A DNA stretch of 38,847 bases from a virus: the IMG/VR virus record IMGVR_UViG_3300045988_112275, one strand, 5' to 3'. The notes beneath the pieces were generated by a model. It saw only the letters and a list, made by a program, of their open reading frames with translations. It did no database searches and was not told where the DNA came from. Position numbers and translations under genes: made by a program. How positions within the stretch are numbered: the first letter of the stretch is position 1; each line of letters starts with the position of its first letter. Positions 23,808 through 32,970 of this stretch are shown here, piece after piece.

Positions 23808-26186
23808 ATGATTAATACAAGCATTGCATACCGCAGGGCAATCGAAAAGAACCGGGAGTTTCGCCTGCTTGACAGAGTGACGTTTCGAGATGGCAGCTAC
23901 ATTGATCTGAATATCAGTGATTTTATGAGTTATAAGATCAATGAAGCCACGTCTGGATCCGGAAAATTTGATATTGGCGCTGCGGTGATAAAAGAATATA
24001 CGATCACGCTTAACAATATGGACGGCAGGTTTGATCTGTATGATTTTGAAGGTGCAGATATACGGGCAAGGATTGGTCTGAAGCTGGAAGACGGAACCTG
24101 GGAGGATCTCAATAAAGGGACGTACCGGGTAGTAGATGCGGTTTTTACCGATGTTACACTGCAGCTTACAGCCTATGATTCCATGTTGTTTTTTGACAAA
24201 CCATACAGCAGATGTACATTAAGTTATCCGGCTACAATCCTGGAAATCATCAGATCTGCGTGCAGGGACTGCCAGGTATCCTTTGATGCCAGCACGGTAG
24301 AGTTGGGAAGCCTCCGGGTGGAAAAACGTCCCAGTGACGGAAGCGTTACTTACCGGGATGTGATCGGGTATTGCGCCCAGATCATGGGCTCTTTTGCCCG
24401 GATCGATCATTTGGGACAGCTTTCCTTTGGCTGGTATCACTTTGATTCCATCCCATCCGGAGGACTGAACGGCGGTGTGTTCGATGATGGCAGTCCATAT
24501 GCGTCCGGGGACCGTGTGGATGGAGGAACCTTTGATAATTATGGTGCAGGCGCATCTTATGATGCCGGTTCGTTTGCGGATCTAGACTATGCCCACAATT
24601 TTCATAATATGCGTAGCCAGTCCATCAATACTGCAGATATCACGGTCACAGGAATCCAGATTGAAGTGAAGGGTGAGGGCACCAAAAAAGAAACATATCT
24701 GTATGGGACAGATACCTATGTACTGGAGATCAAAGACAATCCGCTGATCCAGCCCAATACGATCCAGACAGTAGCAAAGCATGTGGGGGACAAAATCATA
24801 AACAGACCATTCCGTCCATTAAGCATTACGATCCAGTCAGACCCGTCCATCGAGGCTGGGGATATGGCGCAGGTAACAGACCGGAAACAGAATTCCTATG
24901 TTACATGTGTGACAGAAACCACTTTCGCACTTGGAAGCGCACAGCAGGTTTCCTGTTCAGCGGAAACGCCGTCAGAAAAGACTTATACCCGGTATGGAGC
25001 CGGAACAAAGCTCTTGGATAAAGCCAGGGATGAGGCGGAAATTTTATTGTCTGATTATGACATAGCTGTTCAGAATATGAATGAACTGGCGGCAAATACA
25101 ATGGGGTTTTATTACTCTGCGGCAATGCAGCCGGACGGCTCTCTGGTGTCATACCGTCATGACAAGCCCAAACTTTCTGATTCAAAGATTGTGTATAAAA
25201 AAGGAATTGACGGTTTTTTCGTAACCAGAAATTATACCGGAGATGATGCAACCACACAATGGACTTCCGGATTTGACAGTTCAGGGAATGCCGTACTGAA
25301 TATCCTGTCGGCGATAGGTATCAAATTTGACTGGGCACACGGGGGAACACTGACCTTAGGCGGAAAAAGTAATGGGAATGGAGCGTTGAAAATTCTTGAT
25401 GCTTCCGGAAAACAGATAGGATATATCAACAACACAGGTGCTTACTTTAATACAGGAGTATTTGAAGGAGAATTAAAGGCAGCCAGTGGAACATTCAAAG
25501 GCAAACTGGAGGGAGCTACCGGAACTTTTTCAGGGGAACTGAAAGCTGCCAGTGGAACCTTTTCGGGAAACCTTACCGCTAATGTAGGCGGCGTGGTCGG
25601 TGGATGGAAAATCGGAAAAAATTATATCCAATCCGCAGATGGCAGTATTACTTTGTATAACGATGGAAGAGTTAAATTCAGTGATTCTGTTCTAAGCAGC
25701 AACGGACATGGTATGTCGATAAAATACGGACTTGAATTATACACAAATTCAGGCGGGGATTTTTCGGACGGGACAGACGGATTCAGGATTCATGGTCTTG
25801 CATCAATGGGAGGAAGAACACTTGTCCTGAATTCAGATAAATATGTAGGGATATCAGCGTCTTCTTCCAGAAGATACAAGGATCATATAAGGAACCTGTC
25901 AGAAGAGGAAGCCCTTGCCCTTATGGATGTCCCAGTTGTCTGGTTTCGGTATAAGGAAGGGTATCTGTGTAAAGATGATGATTTAAACGGAAAAGAAATT
26001 CCTGGATTTTATGCAGAAAACATTGCGGATTCCATGAGGGAGCTTGCTGTTTTTAATCCGGATGGAAGTGTTGAAGACTGGAATTACCGAACAGTGATCC
26101 CGGTTATGGAAAAGCAAATACAGATCTTAAATAAAAAGATCGAGGATATTATAAAGGAGAAAAGCAATGGCAATACAAAACCGTAA
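23808..26186 (+). CDS. Tail tip/fibre protein with a C-terminal S74-type intramolecular chaperone domain
   Basis: The C-terminus SSRRYKDHIRNLSEEEALALMDVPVVWFRYKEG...YRTVIPVMEKQIQILNKKIEDI fits the self-cleaving chaperone domain. ASGTF(S/K)G repeats lie upstream of it. Confidence 0.8.
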   Translation: MINTSIAYRRAIEKNREFRLLDRVTFRDGSYIDLNISDFMSYKINEATSGSGKFDIGAAVIKEYTITLNNMDGRFDLYDFEGADIRARIGLKLEDGTWEDLNKGTYRVVDAVFTDVTLQLTAYDSMLFFDKPYSRCTLSYPATILEIIRSACRDCQVSFDASTVELGSLRVEKRPSDGSVTYRDVIGYCAQIMGSFARIDHLGQLSFGWYHFDSIPSGGLNGGVFDDGSPYASGDRVDGGTFDNYGAGASYDAGSFADLDYAHNFHNMRSQSINTADITVTGIQIEVKGEGTKKETYLYGTDTYVLEIKDNPLIQPNTIQTVAKHVGDKIINRPFRPLSITIQSDPSIEAGDMAQVTDRKQNSYVTCVTETTFALGSAQQVSCSAETPSEKTYTRYGAGTKLLDKARDEAEILLSDYDIAVQNMNELAANTMGFYYSAAMQPDGSLVSYRHDKPKLSDSKIVYKKGIDGFFVTRNYTGDDATTQWTSGFDSSGNAVLNILSAIGIKFDWAHGGTLTLGGKSNGNGALKILDASGKQIGYINNTGAYFNTGVFEGELKAASGTFKGKLEGATGTFSGELKAASGTFSGNLTANVGGVVGGWKIGKNYIQSADGSITLYNDGRVKFSDSVLSSNGHGMSIKYGLELYTNSGGDFSDGTDGFRIHGLASMGGRTLVLNSDKYVGISASSSRRYKDHIRNLSEEEALALMDVPVVWFRYKEGYLCKDDDLNGKEIPGFYAENIADSMRELAVFNPDGSVEDWNYRTVIPVMEKQIQILNKKIEDIIKEKSNGNTKP

Positions 26187-26658
26187 AGGTCCATACAGCA
26201 AATTTGATCCTCAAAAACTATTGCCCGGAGAATGGGCAATAGTAACGTCCGGAGATCCTGATTCAGCTGACGGGTTTAGTGTTTACATGTGTTTTAAAGC
26301 AGGCACTGTAAAACGTATGGCAACCTATGAAGATATGGCAGAAAACATTGACCAGGCTGCTGGTGATGCGATTGCAAAGCAGATTCAGGCTGCCATTTCC
26401 GGAGCAATTAAAGACTGTGAGAACGCAGCCCGGGAGGCACAGAGACAAGCTGCAGCAGCAGGACAGGCAGAAAATGATGCCAGGAAGGTGATTACGGCGG
26501 CGAACCAGTCAAAAGAAAATGCAGACGCAGCGGCAAAGCGCGCCAATGATGCTGCAAAACTGTGCGAAGACATTACATCGGGACTGGGGTTGACAGAGAT
26601 CCTGAATCGGATCGAGAAGATTGAAACCGCCATTTCAAGAACATTGGCAACAGAATAA
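26167..26658 (+). CDS. Tail-fibre-module protein (163 aa)
   Basis: ORF with an Ala/Gln-rich coiled-coil C-terminal half. Confidence 0.65.
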   Translation: MAIQNRKGPYSKFDPQKLLPGEWAIVTSGDPDSADGFSVYMCFKAGTVKRMATYEDMAENIDQAAGDAIAKQIQAAISGAIKDCENAAREAQRQAAAAGQAENDARKVITAANQSKENADAAAKRANDAAKLCEDITSGLGLTEILNRIEKIETAISRTLATE

Positions 26659-26675
26659 AAAAGAGGAGAAAATAT

Positions 26676-27569
26676 ATGAGTGTAAAAACAGTACAGGCCA
26701 TAATTAATGGACAGACATATACCCTTACCTTAAACAACGACACAGGAAAATACGAAGCAACCGTGACTGCCCCGGCAAAATCCAGTTATAACCAAACGGG
26801 GCATTATTATCCGGTTACTGTCAAAGCTACAGATGACGCCGGGAATACCACAACAAAGGATGATAAGGATTCCGCACTTGGCCAGTCCCTGCGTTTGACG
26901 GTAAAAGAAAAAGTGGCGCCGGTGACGGCGATCACATACCCCACATCCGGCGCTTTCATTACCAATGCCACTCCGGCGATTACCTTTAAAGTTACAGATG
27001 AGGATTCCGGAATCAATGAAGAATCCATAAAACTGACTGTAGACGGCAGCGTGGTGCAGGCAGGGGAAATCAACAAGAAAACGGTCTCCGGAGGGTATGA
27101 GTGTACCTATACGCCAAAAAGTGCATTGGGCAACGGTGCGCATACGATCGAGGTGGAAGTATCGGACCATGATGGAAACACAGCGGCCGTACAGACCGTA
27201 TCCTTTACCGTGGATACTGTTCCACCGACCCTTTCTGTTACTGCGCCGGCAGACAATCTGGTCACCAACCAGGCAAGCCTTGTGGTATCCGGTAAAACAG
27301 ATGATGAAACTTCCAAGCCGGTTACGGTTACGGTAAACGGTGAAAAGGTGGCAGTCAACGAAAATGGTACATGGAGCAAAACCATTACCCTCAGCCCGGG
27401 AGCTAATACGATTACGGTTGTCGCTACGGATAAGGCCGGCAAATCTACGACTGTAACACGCAGGGTAACACTGGATACCGGCGCTCCGGAGTTCAAGAGT
27501 GTGGTACTGACACCGAACCCGGTAGATGCAGGGAAGACCTTTATCATCAGTGTAGAGGTTACGGACTGA
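26676..27569 (+). CDS. Ig-like repeat protein (tail or decoration)
   Basis: Repeated beta-rich units, for example ...TITVVATDKAGKSTTVTRRVTLD. Confidence 0.7.
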   Translation: MSVKTVQAIINGQTYTLTLNNDTGKYEATVTAPAKSSYNQTGHYYPVTVKATDDAGNTTTKDDKDSALGQSLRLTVKEKVAPVTAITYPTSGAFITNATPAITFKVTDEDSGINEESIKLTVDGSVVQAGEINKKTVSGGYECTYTPKSALGNGAHTIEVEVSDHDGNTAAVQTVSFTVDTVPPTLSVTAPADNLVTNQASLVVSGKTDDETSKPVTVTVNGEKVAVNENGTWSKTITLSPGANTITVVATDKAGKSTTVTRRVTLDTGAPEFKSVVLTPNPVDAGKTFIISVEVTD

Positions 27570-27570
27570 T

Positions 27571-27867
27571 TTGGTCACCAGGGTCTACGGCCGTGCAAAC
27601 GGGGCTGAGATCATCTTTACGAAGAAAGAGGGGGATCTCTGGCAGACAGAGCTCCCCGCAAACCTGAAAGGGGAATATATCGTAGACTTGTGGGCGGAGA
27701 ATGACGCCGGTAGAACATCCTACGTCTGCAGGGCCTTGTTTGCAGTCAGCGGCCATAAGCTGAAAGTAACTGTCCTGGAACGGGGATATACCGTGGAGGT
27801 TTCTCTGGGAGCGTTCCTGACAGGACTGGAAAAAGGAGGGTTTACCGTTGAGTATCAAGTATGTTGA
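27571..27867 (+). CDS. Hypothetical tail-module protein (98 aa, TTG start)
   Basis: ORF only; the start is uncertain. Confidence 0.5.
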   Translation: MVTRVYGRANGAEIIFTKKEGDLWQTELPANLKGEYIVDLWAENDAGRTSYVCRALFAVSGHKLKVTVLERGYTVEVSLGAFLTGLEKGGFTVEYQVC

Positions 27868-27900
27868 TGATATCTATATGGATCTGGGAAAAAAATCCAT

Positions 27901-28152
27901 ATGCTCAGTCTGGTCCGTCCTGTCTGTGGGAAGGAGATCCCTTTTGAGATCCAGGCGGCTCGGTGGGAGCTTTACCGGGAAGACTGGGAGAGGGGGGATC
28001 TGGTTCTGGAAGCAGAAGGGGAATGCACAGTCAACGGGCATACCCTGGACGCCCTGATTCAGCCGGAAATATCTGCCAGATATCGCTTTAAGTACATTTA
28101 CCAGGTGGCAGACGAAACCTGGGTGGACGTGGTCCGGATACGGGTGAACTGA
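27901..28152 (+). CDS. Hypothetical protein (83 aa)
   Basis: ORF with a weak SD. An A7 run at 27889-27895 lies just upstream, where three frames compete. Confidence 0.5.
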   Translation: MLSLVRPVCGKEIPFEIQAARWELYREDWERGDLVLEAEGECTVNGHTLDALIQPEISARYRFKYIYQVADETWVDVVRIRVN

Positions 28153-28153
28153 T

Positions 28154-28396
28154 ATGGCAAATATTTTTATAAAAAAATGCGACATAAAGCCGAACCCAGT
28201 AACCGTGGGGGAGGCTTTTCAAATATCTGTAGAAATCGGAGACCGTCTAAGCGTCCTTGCAGATGCAGACGGGGGCCTGCTTGCAGATGCAGACGGAGGG
28301 CTCCTGTGGGCTCCAGAGGGTGCGATGGTGCTGGCAGACCATGATGGTGCATTTCTGGTGGATGACGATGGAAAAATGATAGAAAGTGAGGAATAA
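28154..28396 (+). CDS. Acidic small protein with an LADADGGL duplication
   Basis: ORF; 24-nt tandem duplication at 28264-28311. Confidence 0.6.
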   Translation: MANIFIKKCDIKPNPVTVGEAFQISVEIGDRLSVLADADGGLLADADGGLLWAPEGAMVLADHDGAFLVDDDGKMIESEE

Positions 28397-28397
28397 T

Positions 28398-28889
28398 ATG
28401 GCAGGAGAATTGACACAGAAAAAAATAGAGAATCTGGGGGAAGTGACAGAACCTGTGGATGCAGATGTGTTTCTGCATGGATCCGGAGGTGGAAATGTTA
28501 TAAAAAAGATAAGCTGGGGAAATCTGGTAAAAAAATTGAGATCCCTCTTGTTTGTGAACAACACCACAACCACAGTGGAAGGATATGGAGTAGATGCCAG
28601 AGTGGCCGCACAGCAGCAGAAGGAGATAGATGATCTAAACACGAAGATGCTTAAGACTAAATTTCTCGAAGTATCTATTAATACAACTGCAAATCAGGAC
28701 GCAAATATAACAGTCGATTGGGGAGTAGGCAGTGGTCAAACAATAGTTGCTCATTTTGTTCAAAAAGTAGTGGGAAGCACATTAACAACCAATATTTTAT
28801 TTTGCGAATTTACTTCTTCGACCAATATCCGAATAAAGAGTGCATCATCTCAAAAAGTAACGGTCGGAATCGTTTGTTTGTACAGATAA
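28398..28889 (+). CDS. Tail fibre tip / receptor-binding candidate (163 aa)
   Basis: The ATG at 28398 follows GTGAGGA. It is the last gene of the tail block. Confidence 0.6.
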   Translation: MAGELTQKKIENLGEVTEPVDADVFLHGSGGGNVIKKISWGNLVKKLRSLLFVNNTTTTVEGYGVDARVAAQQQKEIDDLNTKMLKTKFLEVSINTTANQDANITVDWGVGSGQTIVAHFVQKVVGSTLTTNILFCEFTSSTNIRIKSASSQKVTVGIVCLYR

Positions 28890-28923
28890 TTGTTTATACA
28901 GGTGGAATATGGCGATCAGAGAC

Positions 28924-28944
28924 AGACCGCAGAGGTCTTTTTTT
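28924..28944 (+). terminator. Weak terminator AGACC gcaga GGTCT + T7
   Basis: 5-bp stem followed by 7 T residues. Confidence 0.45.
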
Positions 28945-28988
28945 AATACTTAAATTTGCACCGGCACAATGCCGGGAAAGGAGAAAAT

Positions 28989-29258
28989 ATGATTATTACA
29001 GGAATGAAGCATTTTGAAAGCGTATGCCAGAAGAAATTGGTGGAGTGGTACAACAAAAACAGACCTAAAACACCTGTTGATTTAGGGGATGTGTTTATTG
29101 TTTGGAGCTGTAAAACTCTCCAGAACTATAAATGCTTGGTATCCACTACGGTATCTGGAGACGGAATTTATGCAGAATATACATTTAATGGAGACAAGCA
29201 GGAACTCTATGAGGATGTTTATAAGAAGCTCACAAATACCTGCCACACGGAGGAATAA
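28989..29258 (+). CDS. Hypothetical protein (89 aa)
   Basis: The ATG follows GAAAGGAG. Confidence 0.65.
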   Translation: MIITGMKHFESVCQKKLVEWYNKNRPKTPVDLGDVFIVWSCKTLQNYKCLVSTTVSGDGIYAEYTFNGDKQELYEDVYKKLTNTCHTEE

Positions 29259-29269
29259 AGGAGGAACGT

Positions 29270-29491
29270 ATGCAGCCTGAAATCGTAGTAGCCATCTGTT
29301 CCCTGATCGGAACTCTTGTGGGCAGCCTGGCCGGGATCATGACGGCAAATAAGCTTACCACCTATCGGTTGGAACAGCTGGAAGAAAAAGTAAAGAAACA
29401 TAACAATCTGGTGGAAAGAATGGCGATTGTAGAACAGTCCACAAAGTCTGCCCACCATCGAATTGATGAAATTGTGGAAAGAGAGGAATAA
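29270..29491 (+). CDS. Small membrane/coiled-coil protein, possibly holin-associated
   Basis: N-terminal TM segment IVVAICSLIGTLVGSLAGIM followed by a heptad-like helix. Precedes the holin gene. Confidence 0.6.
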   Translation: MQPEIVVAICSLIGTLVGSLAGIMTANKLTTYRLEQLEEKVKKHNNLVERMAIVEQSTKSAHHRIDEIVEREE

Positions 29492-29493
29492 CT

Positions 29494-29775
29494 ATGGATA
29501 TCAATTTTTTATTTGACTATGTAAACCCATTAATTTTAGGAATCTGTCTTTTGGTGGGATTTTGCCTTAAAACAGCTTTTGACTGGTTCCCCAACAAGTA
29601 CATACCGCTTACTGCCCTGTGTATGGGAACACTGATCGCAATCCTGATCAATTTCCAGACAGGGATTAATGCAGAAGTGGTTCTGGGAGGCATGATCTCC
29701 GGACTGGCAAGTACAGGATTGCATGAAATGCTGCGGAACCTTATTGAGAAAGACGGGAAAAAGAATAACACATAA
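29494..29775 (+). CDS. Holin
   Basis: 93 aa, about three hydrophobic segments, charged C-terminus (EKDGKKNNT), upstream of the lysin. Confidence 0.8.
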   Translation: MDINFLFDYVNPLILGICLLVGFCLKTAFDWFPNKYIPLTALCMGTLIAILINFQTGINAEVVLGGMISGLASTGLHEMLRNLIEKDGKKNNT

Positions 29776-29792
29776 AAATACGTATATAAATA

Positions 29793-29821
29793 TTGACGCA
29801 CGTAATAATACGTGATATAAT
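29793..29821 (+). promoter_or_regulatory. Consensus-like promoter TTGACG-17 nt-TATAAT with the palindrome CACGTA-ataa-TACGTG in the spacer
   Basis: Spacer counted as 29799-29815. Lies 32 nt upstream of hicA. Confidence 0.75.
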
Positions 29822-29852
29822 ATGAGCATGATAAGGAAAGGAGATACAAAAG

Positions 29853-30041
29853 ATGCCAATGACCTCGAAAGAGATGTTAAAGTTTCTTAAGCAGAATGGC
29901 TTCGAAGAGATCGGCCAGAACGGTTCTCATAAAAAGCTGATATGTAAAGAAACGGGGAGAACGGTAATCGTTCCTTATCACTCCAAAGACCTGAAAAAGG
30001 GAATGGAGCAGGCAATACTGAAACAGGCGGGGCTGAAATAA
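29853..30041 (+). CDS. hicA: HicA-family toxin (mRNA interferase)
   Basis: SKEMLKFLKQNGFEEIGQNGSHKKL...VIVPYHSKDLKKGMEQAILKQAGL is a textbook HicA pattern. Confidence 0.9.
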   Translation: MPMTSKEMLKFLKQNGFEEIGQNGSHKKLICKETGRTVIVPYHSKDLKKGMEQAILKQAGLK

Positions 30042-30074
30042 GCCCCTGCCTCAGAATATCGCGGAGGTGTCAAT

Positions 30075-30464
30075 ATGAATAAATTATTTTATCCTGCTAT
30101 TTTCCACGAAGCAGAGGAAGGGGGGTTCTGGGTAGAATTTCCAGATATTCCGGAATGTCTGACACAGGGGGACGATATGCAGCAGGCTTATGAAATGGCA
30201 GTGGAAGCCCTGGGGCTGTCTATTACAACCATGGAGGAAGCAGGAGGAAAGATTCCGGAAGCATCAGCTCCTGGAAAAATCCTGGTAGAAGATGGATTTC
30301 TAGTAGTGGTAGAGTTTGATTTGATGGAATATAGGAGAAAACATTGTTCAAAAGCAGTAAAGAAAACACTGAGTATTCCAGAGTGGTTAAATGAAGCTGC
30401 TATCAGAGCAGGAGTAAACTTTTCCCAGGTGCTTCAGGAAGCGTTGATGGAAAAAGTAAGATAA
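30075..30464 (+). CDS. hicB: HicB-family antitoxin with a C-terminal DNA-binding tail
   Basis: FYPAIFHEAEEGGFWVEFPDIPECLTQGDDMQQAYEMAVEAL is the HicB N-domain pattern. It follows hicA. Confidence 0.9.
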   Translation: MNKLFYPAIFHEAEEGGFWVEFPDIPECLTQGDDMQQAYEMAVEALGLSITTMEEAGGKIPEASAPGKILVEDGFLVVVEFDLMEYRRKHCSKAVKKTLSIPEWLNEAAIRAGVNFSQVLQEALMEKVR

Positions 30465-30477
30465 ATAAGAGTTAGCA

Positions 30478-30508
30478 GGAGAGCTTGGGGACAGGCTCTC
30501 TTTTCTAT
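30478..30508 (+). terminator. Intrinsic terminator GGAGAGC ttggggacag GCTCTCT + TTTCTATT
   Basis: Stem plus T-rich tail directly after hicB. Confidence 0.55.
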
Positions 30509-30522
30509 TGGAGGGAAAACCT

Positions 30523-31866
30523 ATGGAAATCAAAGGAATTGATGTATCTGCTCATCAGGGAAAGATTGACTGGGAAACAGTGGCAGATTACGGAATGGGA
30601 TTTGCAATCCTGCGGATCACGGAAAAGGGAAATAAAACAGACAGTACCTTTGAGCAGAACTACAAGGGCTGTACTCAGCATGGAATCCCGGTTGGGGTGT
30701 ACAAATACAGCTATGCCAAAAGCCCGGCACAGGCAGAGCAGGAAGCGGAAGTCGTGCTGAAGGTTCTAAATAAACGGAAACTGGACTTCCCGGTGTTTTA
30801 TGATCTGGAATGGTCTGAGCAGAGAAAACTTGGAAGTGCAGCGGTGGAAAAGATTGCCCTGGCATTTCTGAAGAAAATTCAGGCAGCAGGGTACAAAGTC
30901 GGTATTTATTGCAATGCAGACTGGTACCAAAACGTGCTGACAGCAGCTCTTAAAAAATATGACTGCTGGATTGCCAGGTATCCAACAAGTGACAACGGAA
31001 CGTTACAGGAACGTCTCCGGCCTGATTTTGGTATAGGCTGGCAGTATTCCAGTAAAGCAACGATTCTGGGAATCGGAACAAAGGTTGACCGGAATGTTTT
31101 TTATAAAAATTACACAGAGGGGGAAGAAAAACCTATGAGCAAGATCGAAAAGGCAGTACAGCAGATGGAAGCATGGGCGAGAGATAATTCGCACGGATAT
31201 GACCAAATCTACAGATGGGGAGAGAAGGGAGATTTTGACTGTTCGGCAGCAGTGATTCAGGCTTGCCAGAACGCCGGGATTCCGGTAAAAACAGGCGGAG
31301 CGACCTATACAGGCAACATGCTCAAGGTTTTTCTGAAAAATGGCTTTGAGGTCGTCACTCATGAGGTGGATCTCAAGACTGGAGCAGGACTGATTCGTGG
31401 AGACGTGCTTCTGAATACTGCGCATCATACAGCAATGTACTGTGGCAACGGAAAAGAAGTGGAGGCGTCCATCAATGAGAAGGGAGCTGCCACAGGCGGC
31501 AAGCCGGGCGATCAGACAGGAAGAGAGTTTCTGATCCGAAGCTACAGAAATTATCCTTGGACACATGTGCTTAGATATACTAAGGATACACCAACCAACA
31601 AGCCAACCACACCAACAGGAGGTAAATATATGTTCGAGCCAAAAACAGTAAGCAAGGGAGATACCGGATTATCCGTATTGCTTTTACAGGAGATTCTGAT
31701 CGCCAGAGGATTTAAAGGTAAGGATGGAAAACCGCTTACTCTGGACAGGGCGGCAGGCACCAATACAATCCATGCACTCACCAAATACCAGGAGAGCCGC
31801 AAGGGCGTTCTGGAAGCAGACGGTATCTGTGGAGACAAGACATGGAGAGATCTGATCGCGCTGTAA
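30523..31866 (+). CDS. Endolysin: GH25 muramidase, a Cys/His peptidase-like middle domain and a C-terminal PG_binding_1-like domain
   Basis: N-terminus MEIKGIDVSAHQGKIDW is GH25-like. The C-terminus is GDTGLSVLLLQEILIARGF...GICGDKTWRDL. The ATG at 30523 follows GGAGGG. Confidence 0.9.
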   Translation: MEIKGIDVSAHQGKIDWETVADYGMGFAILRITEKGNKTDSTFEQNYKGCTQHGIPVGVYKYSYAKSPAQAEQEAEVVLKVLNKRKLDFPVFYDLEWSEQRKLGSAAVEKIALAFLKKIQAAGYKVGIYCNADWYQNVLTAALKKYDCWIARYPTSDNGTLQERLRPDFGIGWQYSSKATILGIGTKVDRNVFYKNYTEGEEKPMSKIEKAVQQMEAWARDNSHGYDQIYRWGEKGDFDCSAAVIQACQNAGIPVKTGGATYTGNMLKVFLKNGFEVVTHEVDLKTGAGLIRGDVLLNTAHHTAMYCGNGKEVEASINEKGAATGGKPGDQTGREFLIRSYRNYPWTHVLRYTKDTPTNKPTTPTGGKYMFEPKTVSKGDTGLSVLLLQEILIARGFKGKDGKPLTLDRAAGTNTIHALTKYQESRKGVLEADGICGDKTWRDLIAL

Positions 31867-31932
31867 AATAAGCTTGATTTTATCATAAAAATAAGATATT
31901 ATAGCAATAGAGAGAAATGCACGAATGATAAA

Positions 31933-31964
31933 GGGCGTCTGGCTTTATGCCAGGCGCTTTTTTT
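31933..31964 (+). terminator. Intrinsic terminator GGGCGTCTGGC tttat GCCAGGCGC + T7
   Basis: Read directly. Ends the lysis operon. Confidence 0.8.
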
Positions 31965-31976
31965 GTTTGTAAAAAA

Positions 31977-32029
31977 ACGCCACAAATAGCGTATAAATAC
32001 TTGACAATACGCCACAAATAGCGTATAAT
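31977..32029 (+). promoter_or_regulatory. Perfect consensus promoter TTGACA-17 nt-TATAAT flanked and overlapped by two identical 20-bp direct repeats ACGCCACAAATAGCGTATAA
   Basis: Repeats at 31977-31996 and 32009-32028. The -35 box is 32001-32006 and the -10 box is 32024-32029. Each repeat contains the ACGC...GCGT dyad. Confidence 0.8.
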
Positions 32030-32069
32030 ATAATTAAAGATAAGGAACAGAACAAAGGAGGAAATCAAA

Positions 32070-32471
32070 ATGAAAAAATACAATCTGTCAAACATTATGA
32101 AAAGAGCATGGGAACTGGTTAAAAAGGCAGGAATGACAATTTCCTCCGGACTTAAAAAAGCATGGAAGGAAGCAAAGAATATGACAAACGAAATCAAAAA
32201 TGTAACAATCGAAACATTTGCATCTTACAATGCAAGAAGATATAGTAAACCTTGGGTATGCAAGATGGAAGAAAACGGAAAGTACAATTTCAAAGAAGAA
32301 ATTGGAACCTACACAGCAGCGCACGGAGACGAAGGCGAATTAGTAGTTTACGAGCCAGTAAATGGACAGGTTTATGGTTATGGACAGAAAGATTACAGAG
32401 GAGAATCATATATCAGATTCGCAAAATGGAACGGAACAGAATTTGTAGCTTGCAATAAGATGGGAAATTAA
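32070..32471 (+). CDS. Unknown 133-aa protein (moron gene 1)
   Basis: SD AAAGGAGG. I recognise no family. Confidence 0.75.
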   Translation: MKKYNLSNIMKRAWELVKKAGMTISSGLKKAWKEAKNMTNEIKNVTIETFASYNARRYSKPWVCKMEENGKYNFKEEIGTYTAAHGDEGELVVYEPVNGQVYGYGQKDYRGESYIRFAKWNGTEFVACNKMGN

Positions 32472-32517
32472 TTTAATTAGCTGACCTATCGGCTACACGG
32501 GGAGAAAGAGGAACAAC

Positions 32518-32970
32518 ATGGCAGAATTAAAAGAACTGAGAAAATTTATGGGAATCACACAGAAGGAATTGGCAAGTAGGGCGGGTGTAAATATACGATA
32601 CATCCAAAAATTGGAAAGCGGAGAGGTAGATATCAACAATATCACATCTCAGAATAGAGATGCGATAGAGAAGGCACTGCAAATCTCTATCGAAGAAATG
32701 AAGAGTCTGGATCTGAACATCTTTACAGCGGAAGCGAAGACCGCTGTAAAAAACGGAGATCTGACGGTCAGAGATCTACTTGGTATGTATAAATACCAAC
32801 GGATCAAAAAACTGAGCAAAATCGGGTCATTTCCGTCCATGTTTGGCGCCAACTATGACCGGATCCCGGATGGTATATTCGACAAGCTTCCGGCAGAAGA
32901 TCTGGCAGCACTCGTAGATACAATCTACGACGCCTATAGCGCCGGAAAAGCAGAAAGAAAGACAGACTGA
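32518..32970 (+). CDS. XRE-type HTH protein (150 aa) with an unknown C-terminal domain
   Basis: LRKFMGITQKELASRAGVNIRYIQKLESGE is an XRE HTH. Confidence 0.8.
   Translation: MAELKELRKFMGITQKELASRAGVNIRYIQKLESGEVDINNITSQNRDAIEKALQISIEEMKSLDLNIFTAEAKTAVKNGDLTVRDLLGMYKYQRIKKLSKIGSFPSMFGANYDRIPDGIFDKLPAEDLAALVDTIYDAYSAGKAERKTD

Noticed and set aside
27861-27905. Frameshift at the A7 run (27889-27895) joining a 28-aa ORF to ORF 27901..28152
   Set aside because: Three frames compete here, but none of the fused readings looks more protein-like than the stand-alone ORF, so there is no basis for a call.
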